Positions 9,870 to 18,615 of a DNA stretch of 32,000 nt are shown piece after piece. The position numbers and the translations under genes were made by a program. A model generated the notes under the pieces. That model was not told where the DNA came from. It was given only the letters and a program-made list of their open reading frames with translations, and did no database searches. Source of the stretch: Arthrobacter phage Herb; the sequence record MH450118.1; one strand, given 5' to 3'. Every line of letters begins with the position of its first letter. The stretch's first letter is position 1.

Positions 9870-11259
9870 CCGACCACCACTACTGCAACACCAAAAGGAG
9901 GGTATCGAATGGATACGGACCGTGAAAAGGGGCCTCTTAGGCGACGAGCCTGGCCTGGGCAAATCTCGGCAAGCTATCGAGGCGTTCGATGGACCAAACA
10001 ACCGAAACGTGATCATCGCTCCGGCGATGGTGATCAACGGCGGCACATGGCGCGACCAGATCGCCCAGTGGAGCGACTATCCGGAGAACTGGACAGTTAT
10101 CCCATACTCCGGAATGAACTTGCGCGAAAAGACCCCCAAAGGCGGTTTGAAGCCCTCTTCAAAACTGGTCCCCGAGCTTACCGGGAAGTTCCACGGCTTG
10201 GTAGTGGACGAATGTCACTACACCAAGGGCCGGAGCACCTACTGGACCAAATCCGTGGAGCAGGTGGCGAAGAACTCGGAGCACGTGCTGGAAATGACGG
10301 GGACCCCGATCCCGAACTGGGCGCACGAGATGTATACCCTGTTACGAGTTATGTACCCGGACCGGGCGAAGCCGGGTGGCCTGTTGGGTTCATACTGGAG
10401 GTGGGTGGAGAGCTGGTTCGACGTGGAAATGAGCCGGTTCCGGGAGCACGAGAAGGTGATCGGGAGGTTGCTGGCCTGTCGGGTGGCGTGCTACGACCTG
10501 CCTCCGACGACTCCATGCGAGCACTACCACGACTTCATGTCCGAGAACCTTGGCAACAAGTTTCTGAGAAGGCTACGCGACGACTGCTTGGACTTGCCCC
10601 CGGTGACGGTGCAGGAGGTCCAGGTCCCTATGACTACCGACCAGCGGAAGCACTACCGGGAGATGAAGAAGCACTTCATGACCGAGGTGGACGACAAGGA
10701 AATCCTGAGCTGGTCCACCGGAGCCAAGAACGTCTGGCTGGACAAGATCAGTATCTCTCCTTGGCTGCTGAACCCCGAAGGGGAGCCGAGGGGTGGGAAA
10801 TTCGAACAGTTGAGATTCGACCTCGCGGGGCGGGCAAGACCTACTCTGGTGCTGGCTCACTATCGGGATGTTGTGGAGGCGTGTGTGGCTGTAGCCCGAT
10901 CATCGGGGGCTACCGCTGCTTCTGTTCACGGTGGGAATACCAAGACGGCCAATGGTCGTGCAGTCCAGGATTTCAAGGATGGGAAGCTGGACGTGCTGGT
11001 GGGGTCGTTGGAGATGGTCTCGGAGGGACTGCAGCTTACGGTCGCGGATATGGCGATCTTTGTCGAGACTTCCTACAAGCCGTATCGGAACGAACAGGCT
11101 CGGCAGCGTGTCCACCGCCTCGGGCAGACTCGCCCGGTGACTATCAAGGACTATATAACTCCGGATACCGTCGATGCGAAAAAGCGGGAGGTCCTGGCTC
11201 AGAAGACAGCGGATCAGATTCGTTTCATGAGCGCGGGGGAGTTCAAGCAAATGATCTAA
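9862..11259 (+). CDS. DEAD/SNF2-family helicase
   Basis: TTG start; 'LLQHQKEGIEWIRTVKRGLLGDEPGLGKSRQAIEAF' (Walker A), 'GLVVDECHYTKG' (DECH), C-terminal 'QARQRVHRLGQTRPVTIKDYI' (motif VI). Confidence 0.9.
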   Translation: MPDRPPLLQHQKEGIEWIRTVKRGLLGDEPGLGKSRQAIEAFDGPNNRNVIIAPAMVINGGTWRDQIAQWSDYPENWTVIPYSGMNLREKTPKGGLKPSSKLVPELTGKFHGLVVDECHYTKGRSTYWTKSVEQVAKNSEHVLEMTGTPIPNWAHEMYTLLRVMYPDRAKPGGLLGSYWRWVESWFDVEMSRFREHEKVIGRLLACRVACYDLPPTTPCEHYHDFMSENLGNKFLRRLRDDCLDLPPVTVQEVQVPMTTDQRKHYREMKKHFMTEVDDKEILSWSTGAKNVWLDKISISPWLLNPEGEPRGGKFEQLRFDLAGRARPTLVLAHYRDVVEACVAVARSSGATAASVHGGNTKTANGRAVQDFKDGKLDVLVGSLEMVSEGLQLTVADMAIFVETSYKPYRNEQARQRVHRLGQTRPVTIKDYITPDTVDAKKREVLAQKTADQIRFMSAGEFKQMI

Positions 11260-11328
11260 GGGCTGGAGTCCGCGAGTGGTTCCGTGAGGTCCTCGGGATC
11301 GAGCTGGAGCCGTGGCAGGGTCGCTGGC

Positions 11329-11358
11329 TTGACAATCTGGAAAATAGTATGTTCTAAT
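11329..11358 (+). promoter_or_regulatory. Putative extended -10 promoter TTGACA-N15-TG-N-TCTAAT
   Basis: Consensus -35, 18-nt spacer with TG extended -10; close parallel to the 13456 site (shared ctgg/aaa/atgtt/taataga positions). Confidence 0.65.
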
Positions 11359-11413
11359 AGATGGAGGGAAGGGCACCCGCTCTTCCCTCCATCACGCTGT
11401 AAGGAGCCAACCA

Positions 11414-11602
11414 GTGAGCGTAGACTACCAGCCCGCACGGACCACACGGGACATAGATGTAACCCTGGCCTCGGGCGAACCCCTCCACATCCCCGTAAAC
11501 ACCGACCTGATGGCCTCCTACAGCGTGGCCCAAAAGACCATGGTCCTGATCAAGTACTTCGGGGTGCACTACGTACCGGCGACCTCCGTGAGGTTCCTGT
11601 GA
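11414..11602 (+). CDS. Hypothetical protein
   Basis: 62 aa, GTG start preceded by AAGGAGCCAACC. Confidence 0.6.
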   Translation: MSVDYQPARTTRDIDVTLASGEPLHIPVNTDLMASYSVAQKTMVLIKYFGVHYVPATSVRFL

Positions 11603-11781
11603 ACCGAGCCTACACCCGGCCCGGGACCCTCCACCGCTACGACAAGTGCCAGCGCTGCGGAGTCCCGAAGGACCAAAACCGCAAGGACCAGAAAGCCTCC
11701 CCCGGGAAGTGGCCCTGCCTCAACGGAGGTAGCCACAAGTTCACCGTCTGGGAACCCGACACCACCACCAACCAAAACTAA
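11599..11781 (+). CDS. Small hypothetical protein with CxxC
   Basis: GTG at 11599 overlapping upstream TGA; 60 aa 'MNRAYTRPGTLHRYDKCQRCGVPKDQ...WPCLNGGSHKFTVWEPD'. Confidence 0.55.
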   Translation: MNRAYTRPGTLHRYDKCQRCGVPKDQNRKDQKASPGKWPCLNGGSHKFTVWEPDTTTNQN

Positions 11782-11790
11782 GGAGCTGCA

Positions 11791-12420
11791 GTGAACGCCA
11801 CCGATACCGCCACCAAACCCCAGAACCCCTCCGACCCGCGTCAATTCCCAACCCGTATGGGAACCATCCCCTGTGGGCACTGCTTGGTGAACAAGCACGA
11901 GGCATGCCCGGGCGGAGTCCGCAACGGCAACGGCCAGATCATCCTCTGCGCTTGCAAGCAGGAGGATTGCCGAGCTGGCCAGCCCCGGTGCACCGAATGT
12001 CACAACACCGAGGCCAATGAGATTGGACCGAACTGGAAGTGCATCGACCGCGCCGACTGCGAGGCCGAAATCGAGCGGCGACTGGCCGCGAACCCTACGA
12101 TCCAGTGGATCAGGAGCGAGACCCAGAAGAAGGCCGTACTCCGGCCCTCGGAGGACGCGGGAGCGCTAGAAGGCCCTCCGGTCCGTGCGAAAGTCTCCCG
12201 TGCCCCACGGAAGCCCGCCGAGCCTACTCCCTGCACGTGCGGGTGCGAAGGCACGACCAAGGGTGGGAAGTTCCTGCCTGGGCATGACAGCAAGTACCTC
12301 AACCAGCTTGTGGAAGCTGCGGAGCGCGGGGGCCGTCACGCCGACGAAGCCGCACTCCGAGCCGACGCAATCAGCGAAGCTTTCGGAGCCAAATTCCGCA
12401 AGCGAGCCGGAATCAAGTAA
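11791..12420 (+). CDS. Cysteine-rich protein with C-terminal CxCGC...PGHDxK module
   Basis: 209 aa, GTG start; N-terminal Cys/His cluster and C-terminal 'CTCGCEGTTKGGKFLPGHDSKYLNQL'. Confidence 0.65.
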   Translation: MNATDTATKPQNPSDPRQFPTRMGTIPCGHCLVNKHEACPGGVRNGNGQIILCACKQEDCRAGQPRCTECHNTEANEIGPNWKCIDRADCEAEIERRLAANPTIQWIRSETQKKAVLRPSEDAGALEGPPVRAKVSRAPRKPAEPTPCTCGCEGTTKGGKFLPGHDSKYLNQLVEAAERGGRHADEAALRADAISEAFGAKFRKRAGIK

Positions 12421-12427
12421 GGAAATC

Positions 12428-12871
12428 ATGGAACGTCGCAACTACAATCACCCGACCTCACAGCGAATCCCCCGCAAGGGCAAGGAGCTGAAAGGCGGGG
12501 CCAAGTCCATCAGGTTCACTGCCGATTACTGGGCCGCGCTTCGGAGGCGCAAGCAGGAGGCCCAATCTAGGCTCCTGCAGCGTCAGGTCCGGGACCACCT
12601 GCGCTTCCTCCGGGAGGACGACGGGCGGCAACCGATGTATGTGTTCTTCGGCTCGGGCAAGGAGGCCGAACTCTGGAGCCGGGAGTTCATGCTCGCGCTG
12701 TTAGAAGTTGGGGAGGTCTGGGACCCCCGTAAGCAGATGATCCAGGCCAGGATCGAGCGCATGCGGGGGCACCGTGCCGCTTGGTGGCGGTCTGGTCCTC
12801 GGACCCCATGCCGACCTCCGACTACCGGTACCAGCAGGAGGTCGATACGATGTACGCCATTGAGGACCTAA
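12428..12871 (+). CDS. Hypothetical protein
   Basis: 147 aa from ATG 12428 within the longer track ORF 12185..12871, starting just after the upstream stop. Confidence 0.45.
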   Translation: MERRNYNHPTSQRIPRKGKELKGGAKSIRFTADYWAALRRRKQEAQSRLLQRQVRDHLRFLREDDGRQPMYVFFGSGKEAELWSREFMLALLEVGEVWDPRKQMIQARIERMRGHRAAWWRSGPRTPCRPPTTGTSRRSIRCTPLRT

Positions 12872-12918
12872 ACCGGATCAACGGATACGAGGTTTCACGT
12901 GAAACTGCCAGTGTTTAG
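12808..12918 (+). CDS. Possible 36-aa small ORF
   Basis: MPTSDYRYQQEVDTMYAIEDLNRINGYEVSRETASV*, overlaps 12871 end and 12899 start. Confidence 0.25.
   Translation: MPTSDYRYQQEVDTMYAIEDLNRINGYEVSRETASV
12891..12906. promoter_or_regulatory. parS-like site GGTTTCACGTGAAACT
   Basis: 14 of 16 bases identical to the bacterial parS consensus TGTTTCACGTGAAACA, with perfect 14-bp palindromic core. Confidence 0.6.
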
Positions 12919-13459
12919 GGACGACGCCTACGGGCAGATGATCCTCGCGGTAGACCCCGGAGACGAGCACGTGGGGGTGGCGTGGCTCGACCGGCAGGAG
13001 AAGGGCTGGGCGGTTGTGTTCGTCACGGAGATGACCCCGGACGAATTTCTGGACTATATCCTGCCCGCTCTCCAGTCGGGTCTGTTTAGGTACTTCGTCC
13101 TCGAATCGTTTAGCCTGTACGCGGACAAGCTGAAAGAGCAGATCGGCTCGGAGATGCTGACCTCGCAGATGATTGGCGCGGCCAAGTTCGCGGTGAAGAT
13201 CGCAAATGAGGCCAGCCACTTCAACCCGGACATGCAGTACGAGGTCCAGCTTCACATGCAGCAGCCAGCGGCCAAGGCTCCGGCGTTCGCGATCTTGGAG
13301 CGCAAGAAGTATGTGTTCACGGCCAAGCGGCTCAAAGTCCCTGGCCAGCACGTGCTGGACGCGGAGGTGCACGGCATCAAGTTCGTCATGGACACGCTCG
13401 GGGAGAAAATGATCCGGAACCCGGAACTCTGGGACGAGGCCCCTCGGGATGTAGCTTGA
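12899..13459 (+). CDS. RuvC-like Holliday junction resolvase / RNase H-fold nuclease
   Basis: 'MILAVDPGDEHVGVAWLD', 'YFVLESFSLYADK', and terminal 'VLDAEVHGIKFVMD' fit RuvC-like acidic motifs. Confidence 0.75.
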   Translation: MKLPVFRDDAYGQMILAVDPGDEHVGVAWLDRQEKGWAVVFVTEMTPDEFLDYILPALQSGLFRYFVLESFSLYADKLKEQIGSEMLTSQMIGAAKFAVKIANEASHFNPDMQYEVQLHMQQPAAKAPAFAILERKKYVFTAKRLKVPGQHVLDAEVHGIKFVMDTLGEKMIRNPELWDEAPRDVA

Positions 13460-13485
13460 CACGCTGGCAAACCCCATGTTTTAAT
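13456..13485 (+). promoter_or_regulatory. Putative extended -10 promoter TTGACA-N15-TG-N-TTTAAT
   Basis: Near-consensus elements immediately before gene 13524; -35 within CTTGACACGCTGGCAAA dyad. Confidence 0.7.
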
Positions 13486-13523
13486 AGAGTTTCAAGGTTC
13501 AGCCACCCAACCTAGGAGTCAAA

Positions 13524-13739
13524 ATGGCAAAGATCGCAGACCTCACCAAGGGCAAGGTCCTCGTAAACCTCCACGGCAACGAGTACACCATCCTCAGCAA
13601 GAAGTTCCAGTCCGCAGGGACCGTGGACCGCAACGGCGAGGAAAACTTCGTTGCCATGGTCCGCCCGGAGTTTGGGCGGGGTTTCGACCTCTTCCTCAAC
13701 CAGACCTCCCTCGACGAGGGCAGCTACCGCCTCAAGTAA
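13524..13739 (+). CDS. Hypothetical protein
   Basis: 71 aa, preceded by TAGGAGTC and followed by a terminator. Confidence 0.65.
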   Translation: MAKIADLTKGKVLVNLHGNEYTILSKKFQSAGTVDRNGEENFVAMVRPEFGRGFDLFLNQTSLDEGSYRLK

Positions 13740-13748
13740 GTCTCACCC

Positions 13749-13770
13749 GGGAGGGGCTTCGGCCCCTCCC
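13749..13770 (+). terminator. Stem-loop GGGAGGGGC-TTCG-GCCCCTCCC
   Basis: Perfect 9-bp stem with TTCG tetraloop directly after gene 13524..13739. Confidence 0.7.
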
Positions 13771-13842
13771 CTCACCTGTGAGGATAGACCATGGAACTTC
13801 GCCTTTGGGGATTCACCAACGAAACGCTAGCTAAGGAGCCAA

Positions 13843-14187
13843 ATGCCGAAGATCAACCGGCGACCACGGATAACCGAACCGAGCGAAGCCAGCGAGGGAG
13901 TGACAGCGCTCATGCGGCTGAACTGGCTGGAGTCCGCGAGCAACAACGCGGTAGCCTACGCGGACCGGTATCAGGATGAACCCTTCAAACAGGCCGCGAC
14001 CATCGAACTCCGGGACGCGGCACGGCTGCTACTGGAGCTGATGTACGACCCGACCATCCGGGGGCCTCAGGACCTCGGGGGCCGGTTCGTGAAGGCCAGG
14101 GCAGAGCAACTCTCCAAGGCTTACCAACGACCGGTCCGGTCATACGACTGGACCCCAGACACCCAAGATTCCGAACCACCATTCTAG
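13843..14187 (+). CDS. Hypothetical protein
   Basis: 114 aa, ATG immediately after AAGGAGCCAA. Confidence 0.6.
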   Translation: MPKINRRPRITEPSEASEGVTALMRLNWLESASNNAVAYADRYQDEPFKQAATIELRDAARLLLELMYDPTIRGPQDLGGRFVKARAEQLSKAYQRPVRSYDWTPDTQDSEPPF

Positions 14188-14197
14188 GAGGAATGAA

Positions 14198-14542
14198 ATG
14201 AGCAGCACGGTTGATGTACACTACGAGGACGGAAGCGGTCGGGCCTACGCCTTCAAGACCCAGCTCACCGGCCTGACCGAGGGCGACGCGGTACTAGTCA
14301 AGGACCGCCACGGCATCCACGTAGCGGCAGTCGTCCAGCAGCCCTCCAAGACCCCCGAGAAGGCTAGTGCCTGGGCCTTCCAGAAGGTGGACTTTGAAGC
14401 CCTCCGCCGAGCCGAGCGGCACGACCGCGTCCTGTCCGAGCTGAAAGCCAAGGTGGACGAAAACCAGACCCTGCAGTTGGCCTATATGCTGGCCGACAGC
14501 AACCCCGAAATTATGGCACTCATTAAGGAGCTGGAAGCATGA
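14198..14542 (+). CDS. Hypothetical protein
   Basis: 114 aa, GAGGAATG-type RBS region; overlaps the next start by ATGA. Confidence 0.6.
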   Translation: MSSTVDVHYEDGSGRAYAFKTQLTGLTEGDAVLVKDRHGIHVAAVVQQPSKTPEKASAWAFQKVDFEALRRAERHDRVLSELKAKVDENQTLQLAYMLADSNPEIMALIKELEA

Positions 14543-14787
14543 GCAACACCACCGAACACTACACCGCGACGGTCGAAATCGTCCGGGTCTCCCGGACCCC
14601 GGGCAGCACGTCGTACAACACGACCGCCGCCCGCAACGAACCCAAGCCCGGGGAGCGCGTCAAGGAAGAGGTCATGAAGGTCACCGTCCGGGACGAGTCC
14701 CTCCGGGGTCTGGTTAACAAGGTGACCGCGATTTTGGAAGTCAATGTGCCGACACCGGCCATGGTAGCAGAAAGGGAAGGCGAATGA
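14539..14787 (+). CDS. Hypothetical protein
   Basis: 82 aa in a translationally coupled series. Confidence 0.55.
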   Translation: MSNTTEHYTATVEIVRVSRTPGSTSYNTTAARNEPKPGERVKEEVMKVTVRDESLRGLVNKVTAILEVNVPTPAMVAEREGE

Positions 14788-15233
14788 ACAAGAAGCTCTG
14801 GGCCGGGATCGGTGGCGCAGTCCTCGTGGCGGGTGTGATCGGCACCCTCGCGGGGACCTCCCCCACGACGACTCCCGCTGGCCTCGCGACGGCCTCCGCA
14901 GCCCCGGTGGCCACTAGGACCCCGGCACCCGCTCCGAGCGTCTCCGTGGTACCGTCCGTGGCCGCTCCTGCCACTCCCCGCCCCACCCGTGCAGCCAATG
15001 ACTACGTGCAGTACGTCCGGGACCACACAACTACCCTAGGCCACATGACGGATGGTGAAATCATCCTGCTGGCGAAGGACGCATGCAAGCGGCTGGAAGC
15101 CGGGTCCAGCTACCCGGTCGTGCTGTCCATCGCCGCTGCTGGCTCGGACAACCCGACCTTCGTGACCCAGGACCTCCCGGTGCTGATTGGGGCCGGGGTC
15201 GTCAAATACTGCGACGAGTACAGGATCGGCTGA
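14784..15233 (+). CDS. Putative secreted protein, DUF732-like C-terminal domain
   Basis: Signal-like N-terminus 'KKLWAGIGGAVLVAGVIGTLAG', Pro/Thr linker, then 'GHMTDGEIILLAKDACKRLEAG...GAGVVKYCDEY' with two Cys. Confidence 0.55.
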   Translation: MNKKLWAGIGGAVLVAGVIGTLAGTSPTTTPAGLATASAAPVATRTPAPAPSVSVVPSVAAPATPRPTRAANDYVQYVRDHTTTLGHMTDGEIILLAKDACKRLEAGSSYPVVLSIAAAGSDNPTFVTQDLPVLIGAGVVKYCDEYRIG

Positions 15234-15478
15234 TGACCGGAATCCCAGATTCTATAATCCTGGTCCTGTTCCTGCTCACCCTCGGAGCCGCCGTCTACTA
15301 TTGGCGTAGGTGGCGGGAAGAGGCCCGCCTCGACGGACCCACCCACCGACTCCGGGTCCGTTACGCGGTGGCGCGGCAAATGGCCTACGACCATTACAAG
15401 TCCGAGCGCCTCTACGAGCACGGACCCTTCACCTTCCCAACCTTCGAAGAATGGATGAAAGATGCCGAAACTGATTAA
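15233..15478 (+). CDS. Small membrane protein
   Basis: ATG 15233 (ATGA-type coupling); 'DSIILVLFLLTLGAAVYYWRRWREE'. Confidence 0.55.
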   Translation: MTGIPDSIILVLFLLTLGAAVYYWRRWREEARLDGPTHRLRVRYAVARQMAYDHYKSERLYEHGPFTFPTFEEWMKDAETD

Positions 15479-15662
15479 ACACCGGATCGCGGCGACCGTG
15501 ATCGAGAACGCCGACCCGAAGGACCTCGGGTACATCGCGGGGCAACTGATCGCGGCCAACCTCGCATTGAACTTGGGGACGCCGAAGGCCGCAGTAGTGG
15601 CCAACTTCAAAAAGACCGCCGAACAGGAAGAGGCCAAACTTGCCGCAGATTCAGATCGTTAG
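15462..15662 (+). CDS. Hypothetical protein
   Basis: 66 aa in coupled arrangement. Confidence 0.5.
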   Translation: MPKLIKHRIAATVIENADPKDLGYIAGQLIAANLALNLGTPKAAVVANFKKTAEQEEAKLAADSDR

Positions 15663-16593
15663 TTACTCGGAGCTGGACACATTCCGGCAATGCCCCTTGA
15701 AGCACCTGCTCTCGTACAAGCAGCGGTGGACCAAGGAGAAGGCCGAGGATTCAGCTCTGGGCAAGGGCACCCTCTGGCACAACGCGTTGGAGCAGCACCA
15801 CCTCGTGCTCCAACGGCACCAACAGGAGCGCAACTACCGGACCCCCAGTCCGGGCGACCAGCGGCTGATCCTCGGAGAGGCCAAGGACGCGGCCATGACC
15901 AAACTCGCGGACGCGGACGGCAACCAGACCGAGACCCAGGAACTGATGGAGTGGGTCTACGATGGTTACGTTGAGTTCTACGGGGTGGACGACGAGTGGA
16001 TGATCCTCGGAGTCGAGATGGCCGCGCAGGTGCCCCTGCCTTGGCCGGATGGCCGTCCCTCGCATTACCACATCAAGATGAAGCTCGACCGGCTGGTCCG
16101 GTCCAAGCGGGACGGGCAGCTCTGGATCGAGGACCACAAGTCCGGGGCCAACAAGCCGACCGAGTTTGAACTGCAGCTCGACGACCAATTCGGCTTGTAT
16201 ACGTGGGCACTTAAGTTCGCTCTCGGACAGCCGGTGATCGGGTCGATGCACTCCTATTCCCGGACCACCCAGAACACCGGAGACCGGGACCCCTCGACCT
16301 GGCCCAAGGGCAAGACGGGGTACAAGCCGCAGACGCTGGAGCAGCGGAACGAGCGGTTCTACCTGAACCGGTCCGACCGGGAACTCAAAGCCCTTGCCGA
16401 CGACGCATTCGCCGCAGCTCGGAACGCCTACCCGCCCAAGGGCATGCAGCTCCCGCTGTACTCCGCGCCGGATATCCGCAACTGCGGTTGGAAGTGCGAC
16501 TTCAAGGAGGCCCACCTGATGCTCCGGGAGGGCCTGACCATCGACCACGTGATGAAGGCCGAGGGCTTCCATCAGGATTTCACGAGGCACTAA
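15640..16593 (+). CDS. PD-(D/E)XK nuclease, Cas4/RecB-like exonuclease
   Basis: 'SYSELDTFRQCPLKHLLSYKQRW', 'ILGVEMAAQVPLP..IKMKLDRLV...LWIEDHKSG', 'QLDDQFGLYTWALKFA', and terminal Cys residues. Confidence 0.8.
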   Translation: MPQIQIVSYSELDTFRQCPLKHLLSYKQRWTKEKAEDSALGKGTLWHNALEQHHLVLQRHQQERNYRTPSPGDQRLILGEAKDAAMTKLADADGNQTETQELMEWVYDGYVEFYGVDDEWMILGVEMAAQVPLPWPDGRPSHYHIKMKLDRLVRSKRDGQLWIEDHKSGANKPTEFELQLDDQFGLYTWALKFALGQPVIGSMHSYSRTTQNTGDRDPSTWPKGKTGYKPQTLEQRNERFYLNRSDRELKALADDAFAAARNAYPPKGMQLPLYSAPDIRNCGWKCDFKEAHLMLREGLTIDHVMKAEGFHQDFTRH

Positions 16594-16868
16594 TGACTAC
16601 CACGCCTAGCGACGACGAGAACTACCGGGCCTTCATGGGTGCCTTCGGCCCCGCTTCCCCGACCGGGGAGGGTACCTCCGAGGACCTCGGACCCCGGCCT
16701 GAGGACTTCGACACCCCGAAGGCCCAGGGACCCCGGGAGAGCCACGCGGAGGCCCGGATCGTCGGGCAGCGTGCCGGGGACTACCTGCGGGAGTTCATGG
16801 CGAACGGCTTCACCCGGGAAGAGGCCCTGATGTACATTGCCCAGATGCTGCCCCACTACCCACACTAA
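16593..16868 (+). CDS. Hypothetical protein
   Basis: 91 aa from ATG 16593 overlapping upstream TAA region. Confidence 0.5.
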   Translation: MTTTPSDDENYRAFMGAFGPASPTGEGTSEDLGPRPEDFDTPKAQGPRESHAEARIVGQRAGDYLREFMANGFTREEALMYIAQMLPHYPH

Positions 16869-16875
16869 ACCCGGC

Positions 16876-16905
16876 TTGACACCGGGCCAAGCCCAGTGAT
16901 TGGAT
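16876..16905 (+). promoter_or_regulatory. Putative promoter TTGACA-N15-TG-N-TTGGAT
   Basis: Same architecture as 11329/13456; -35 in dyad CTTGACACCGGGCCAAG; just upstream of the ATPase gene. Confidence 0.5.
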
Positions 16906-16943
16906 AGTGGAGCACTGCCCGACCGGACGGGACCAACTCCGGA

Positions 16944-18020
16944 ATGACCAGACACTCAAGAGAACAGGACTGCAAGTTGCCCAAGGCACCAAGCACGGCG
17001 AAAGCCAAAAACGCCGCAATCGCAGAGGCCGTAGGCCAGACCGCGATTGACACCCCAGTGGTACAGGAACCCACCGGGGACGACCAGCTCGACGACCTCT
17101 TCGCTCCCATCGACGAAGTTCAGGACACCTACAACTTCTGCTTCTACGGGCTGGAAGGCTCCGGCAAGACCACGGCCATCGCGACTGCAGCGGCCATGGC
17201 CCCCGAGGGAAGCCGGATCCTGATCGTCAACGCCGAGGGTGGCGTGAAGAAGAAGGCCCTCGAACGCCGGGGGATCGACACCTCCAACATCATGATCTGG
17301 CCGAACCCCAACAAGGGCGAGACAGTCACCCGCAAGGGCATCGAGCGGCTCTACAACCGACTCAAAGGCGACCTCGCCCGGGACCCGAACTCGTGGTTCG
17401 CGGTCGGCTGGGACTCCATTACCGAAGTGCACGCCAAGATCGTCTCCGACGTGGCGGGTGCCCGCATCCAGAAGGCCAGGGACCGGGACGTAGTAATCTC
17501 CGAGACCGACGAGTTCTTTACCGACCGCGACGACTACGGGGTTATGTCGAAGATGGTCAATGACCTTCTGCGCAAGTTCCGTGACCTCCCCTGCCACTTC
17601 ATCGTGACGGCACTGGAGCGCCGGGACGTGGACGAAAAGACCTCCAAGGTCTCCTACGGTCCGGCAATCACTCCGGCCCTGCAGACCTCGGTCCTTGGCT
17701 ACACGGACGTGAACCTCTACTTCAAGGCCGCAGACGAGGACGGCCCCTTCCGGGCGCTGGTCAAGGGCGTTGGAACCTACCGCACCAAGGACCGAATGGG
17801 CGGCATGCCGAAGGTAATCGCGGAGCCTACGATGGAGCGAATCCTGGGCTACACCAACGGCGACATTGAAGAGGAGTCGGACGAACTCCAAAAGACTTTG
17901 CCCGCGATCAAGGAGCGCAAGCCCAAGGTCTCCGGCAAAATCCGCAAGACGGCAGCGGAGAAGAAGGCAGACGAGGCGTCCGAGGAGGACACCGCAGAAG
18001 CCGCCGACACCGACGACTAA
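16944..18020 (+). CDS. Sak4-like / RecA-fold ATPase (recombination)
   Basis: 'NFCFYGLEGSGKTTAIATAAAM' Walker A, 'SWFAVGWDSITEVH' Walker B; acidic C-terminal tail; precedes putative SSB. Confidence 0.75.
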   Translation: MTRHSREQDCKLPKAPSTAKAKNAAIAEAVGQTAIDTPVVQEPTGDDQLDDLFAPIDEVQDTYNFCFYGLEGSGKTTAIATAAAMAPEGSRILIVNAEGGVKKKALERRGIDTSNIMIWPNPNKGETVTRKGIERLYNRLKGDLARDPNSWFAVGWDSITEVHAKIVSDVAGARIQKARDRDVVISETDEFFTDRDDYGVMSKMVNDLLRKFRDLPCHFIVTALERRDVDEKTSKVSYGPAITPALQTSVLGYTDVNLYFKAADEDGPFRALVKGVGTYRTKDRMGGMPKVIAEPTMERILGYTNGDIEEESDELQKTLPAIKERKPKVSGKIRKTAAEKKADEASEEDTAEAADTDD

Positions 18021-18079
18021 GCCAGTCGTCAGCCAGCAGTACCAACCAAAACCCAAACTAAGAAAAGGATACACCTAAA

Positions 18080-18592
18080 ATGCCTAAGCTCCCCAAGAAG
18101 GTCGCAGCCGCCGTCGAGTCCGCAGAGGCCATCAGTGGCGATTTCCCGCTGCTGGAGGTAGGGTTCTACTACGCCCAGCTCGCAGACGTGGAGGTGCAGG
18201 ACGGCAACTACGCGCCGGTCTGGAACCTCACCTTCGAGAACCTGCACAAGGTCACGACCGGCGAGAAGGCCTCCGGCAAGCAGTGGCTCCGCCTCAACGT
18301 CGTTACCGAGGAGAAGGCCCCGGCCAACTACACGGGCGGCGACAAGAAGTGGGCCGCATTCCACAACATGAGCAAGGGCCAGCTCAAGTCCTTCTTCGAA
18401 GGCTTCGGCTACACCCCGGACTCCGACACCGACGAGATGATCGGTGAATGGGCGCAGATCAAGGTCGGCGTCCGCACGATCCAGAGCGGTGAGCGCAAGG
18501 GCGAGAAGGTAAACGACGTCAAGTCGATTTCTCAGGTCCCGGACGACTTCGACGCAACCGACTTGGTTGACGCCGACGAGGACACCTTCTAG
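18080..18592 (+). CDS. Putative single-stranded DNA-binding protein (DUF669-like)
   Basis: 170 aa, 'GFYYAQLADVEVQDGNYAPVWNLTFENLHK', acidic C-terminal tail 'DATDLVDADEDTF', adjacent to Sak4-like gene. Confidence 0.55.
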   Translation: MPKLPKKVAAAVESAEAISGDFPLLEVGFYYAQLADVEVQDGNYAPVWNLTFENLHKVTTGEKASGKQWLRLNVVTEEKAPANYTGGDKKWAAFHNMSKGQLKSFFEGFGYTPDSDTDEMIGEWAQIKVGVRTIQSGERKGEKVNDVKSISQVPDDFDATDLVDADEDTF

Positions 18593-18615
18593 TCCCAGCA
18601 AGTCTGTTTCAATTC

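Noticed and set aside
9862-11259. SNF2-like helicase as part of a defence island
   Set aside because: It sits among phage replication/recombination genes and such helicases are common there; no partner defence genes were seen.
9909-11357. 482-aa plus-strand ORF overlapping the helicase
   Set aside because: The other frame encodes a clear helicase with conserved motifs; this frame is a high-GC shadow ORF except possibly its last 30 residues, reported separately.
13334-13347. CCAGCACGTGCTGG palindrome considered as another parS-like site
   Set aside because: Only the CACGTG centre matches; it lies in coding sequence of the resolvase and lacks the GTTT/AAAC arms.
13791-13979. 62-aa ORF starting MELRLWGFTNETLAK
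   Set aside because: Although it has an upstream GAGG, it overlaps gene 13843..14187 in another frame and has no recognisable features; at most a short leader.
16956-18074. 372-aa minus-strand ORF
   Set aside because: Antisense shadow of the Sak4-like ATPase gene.
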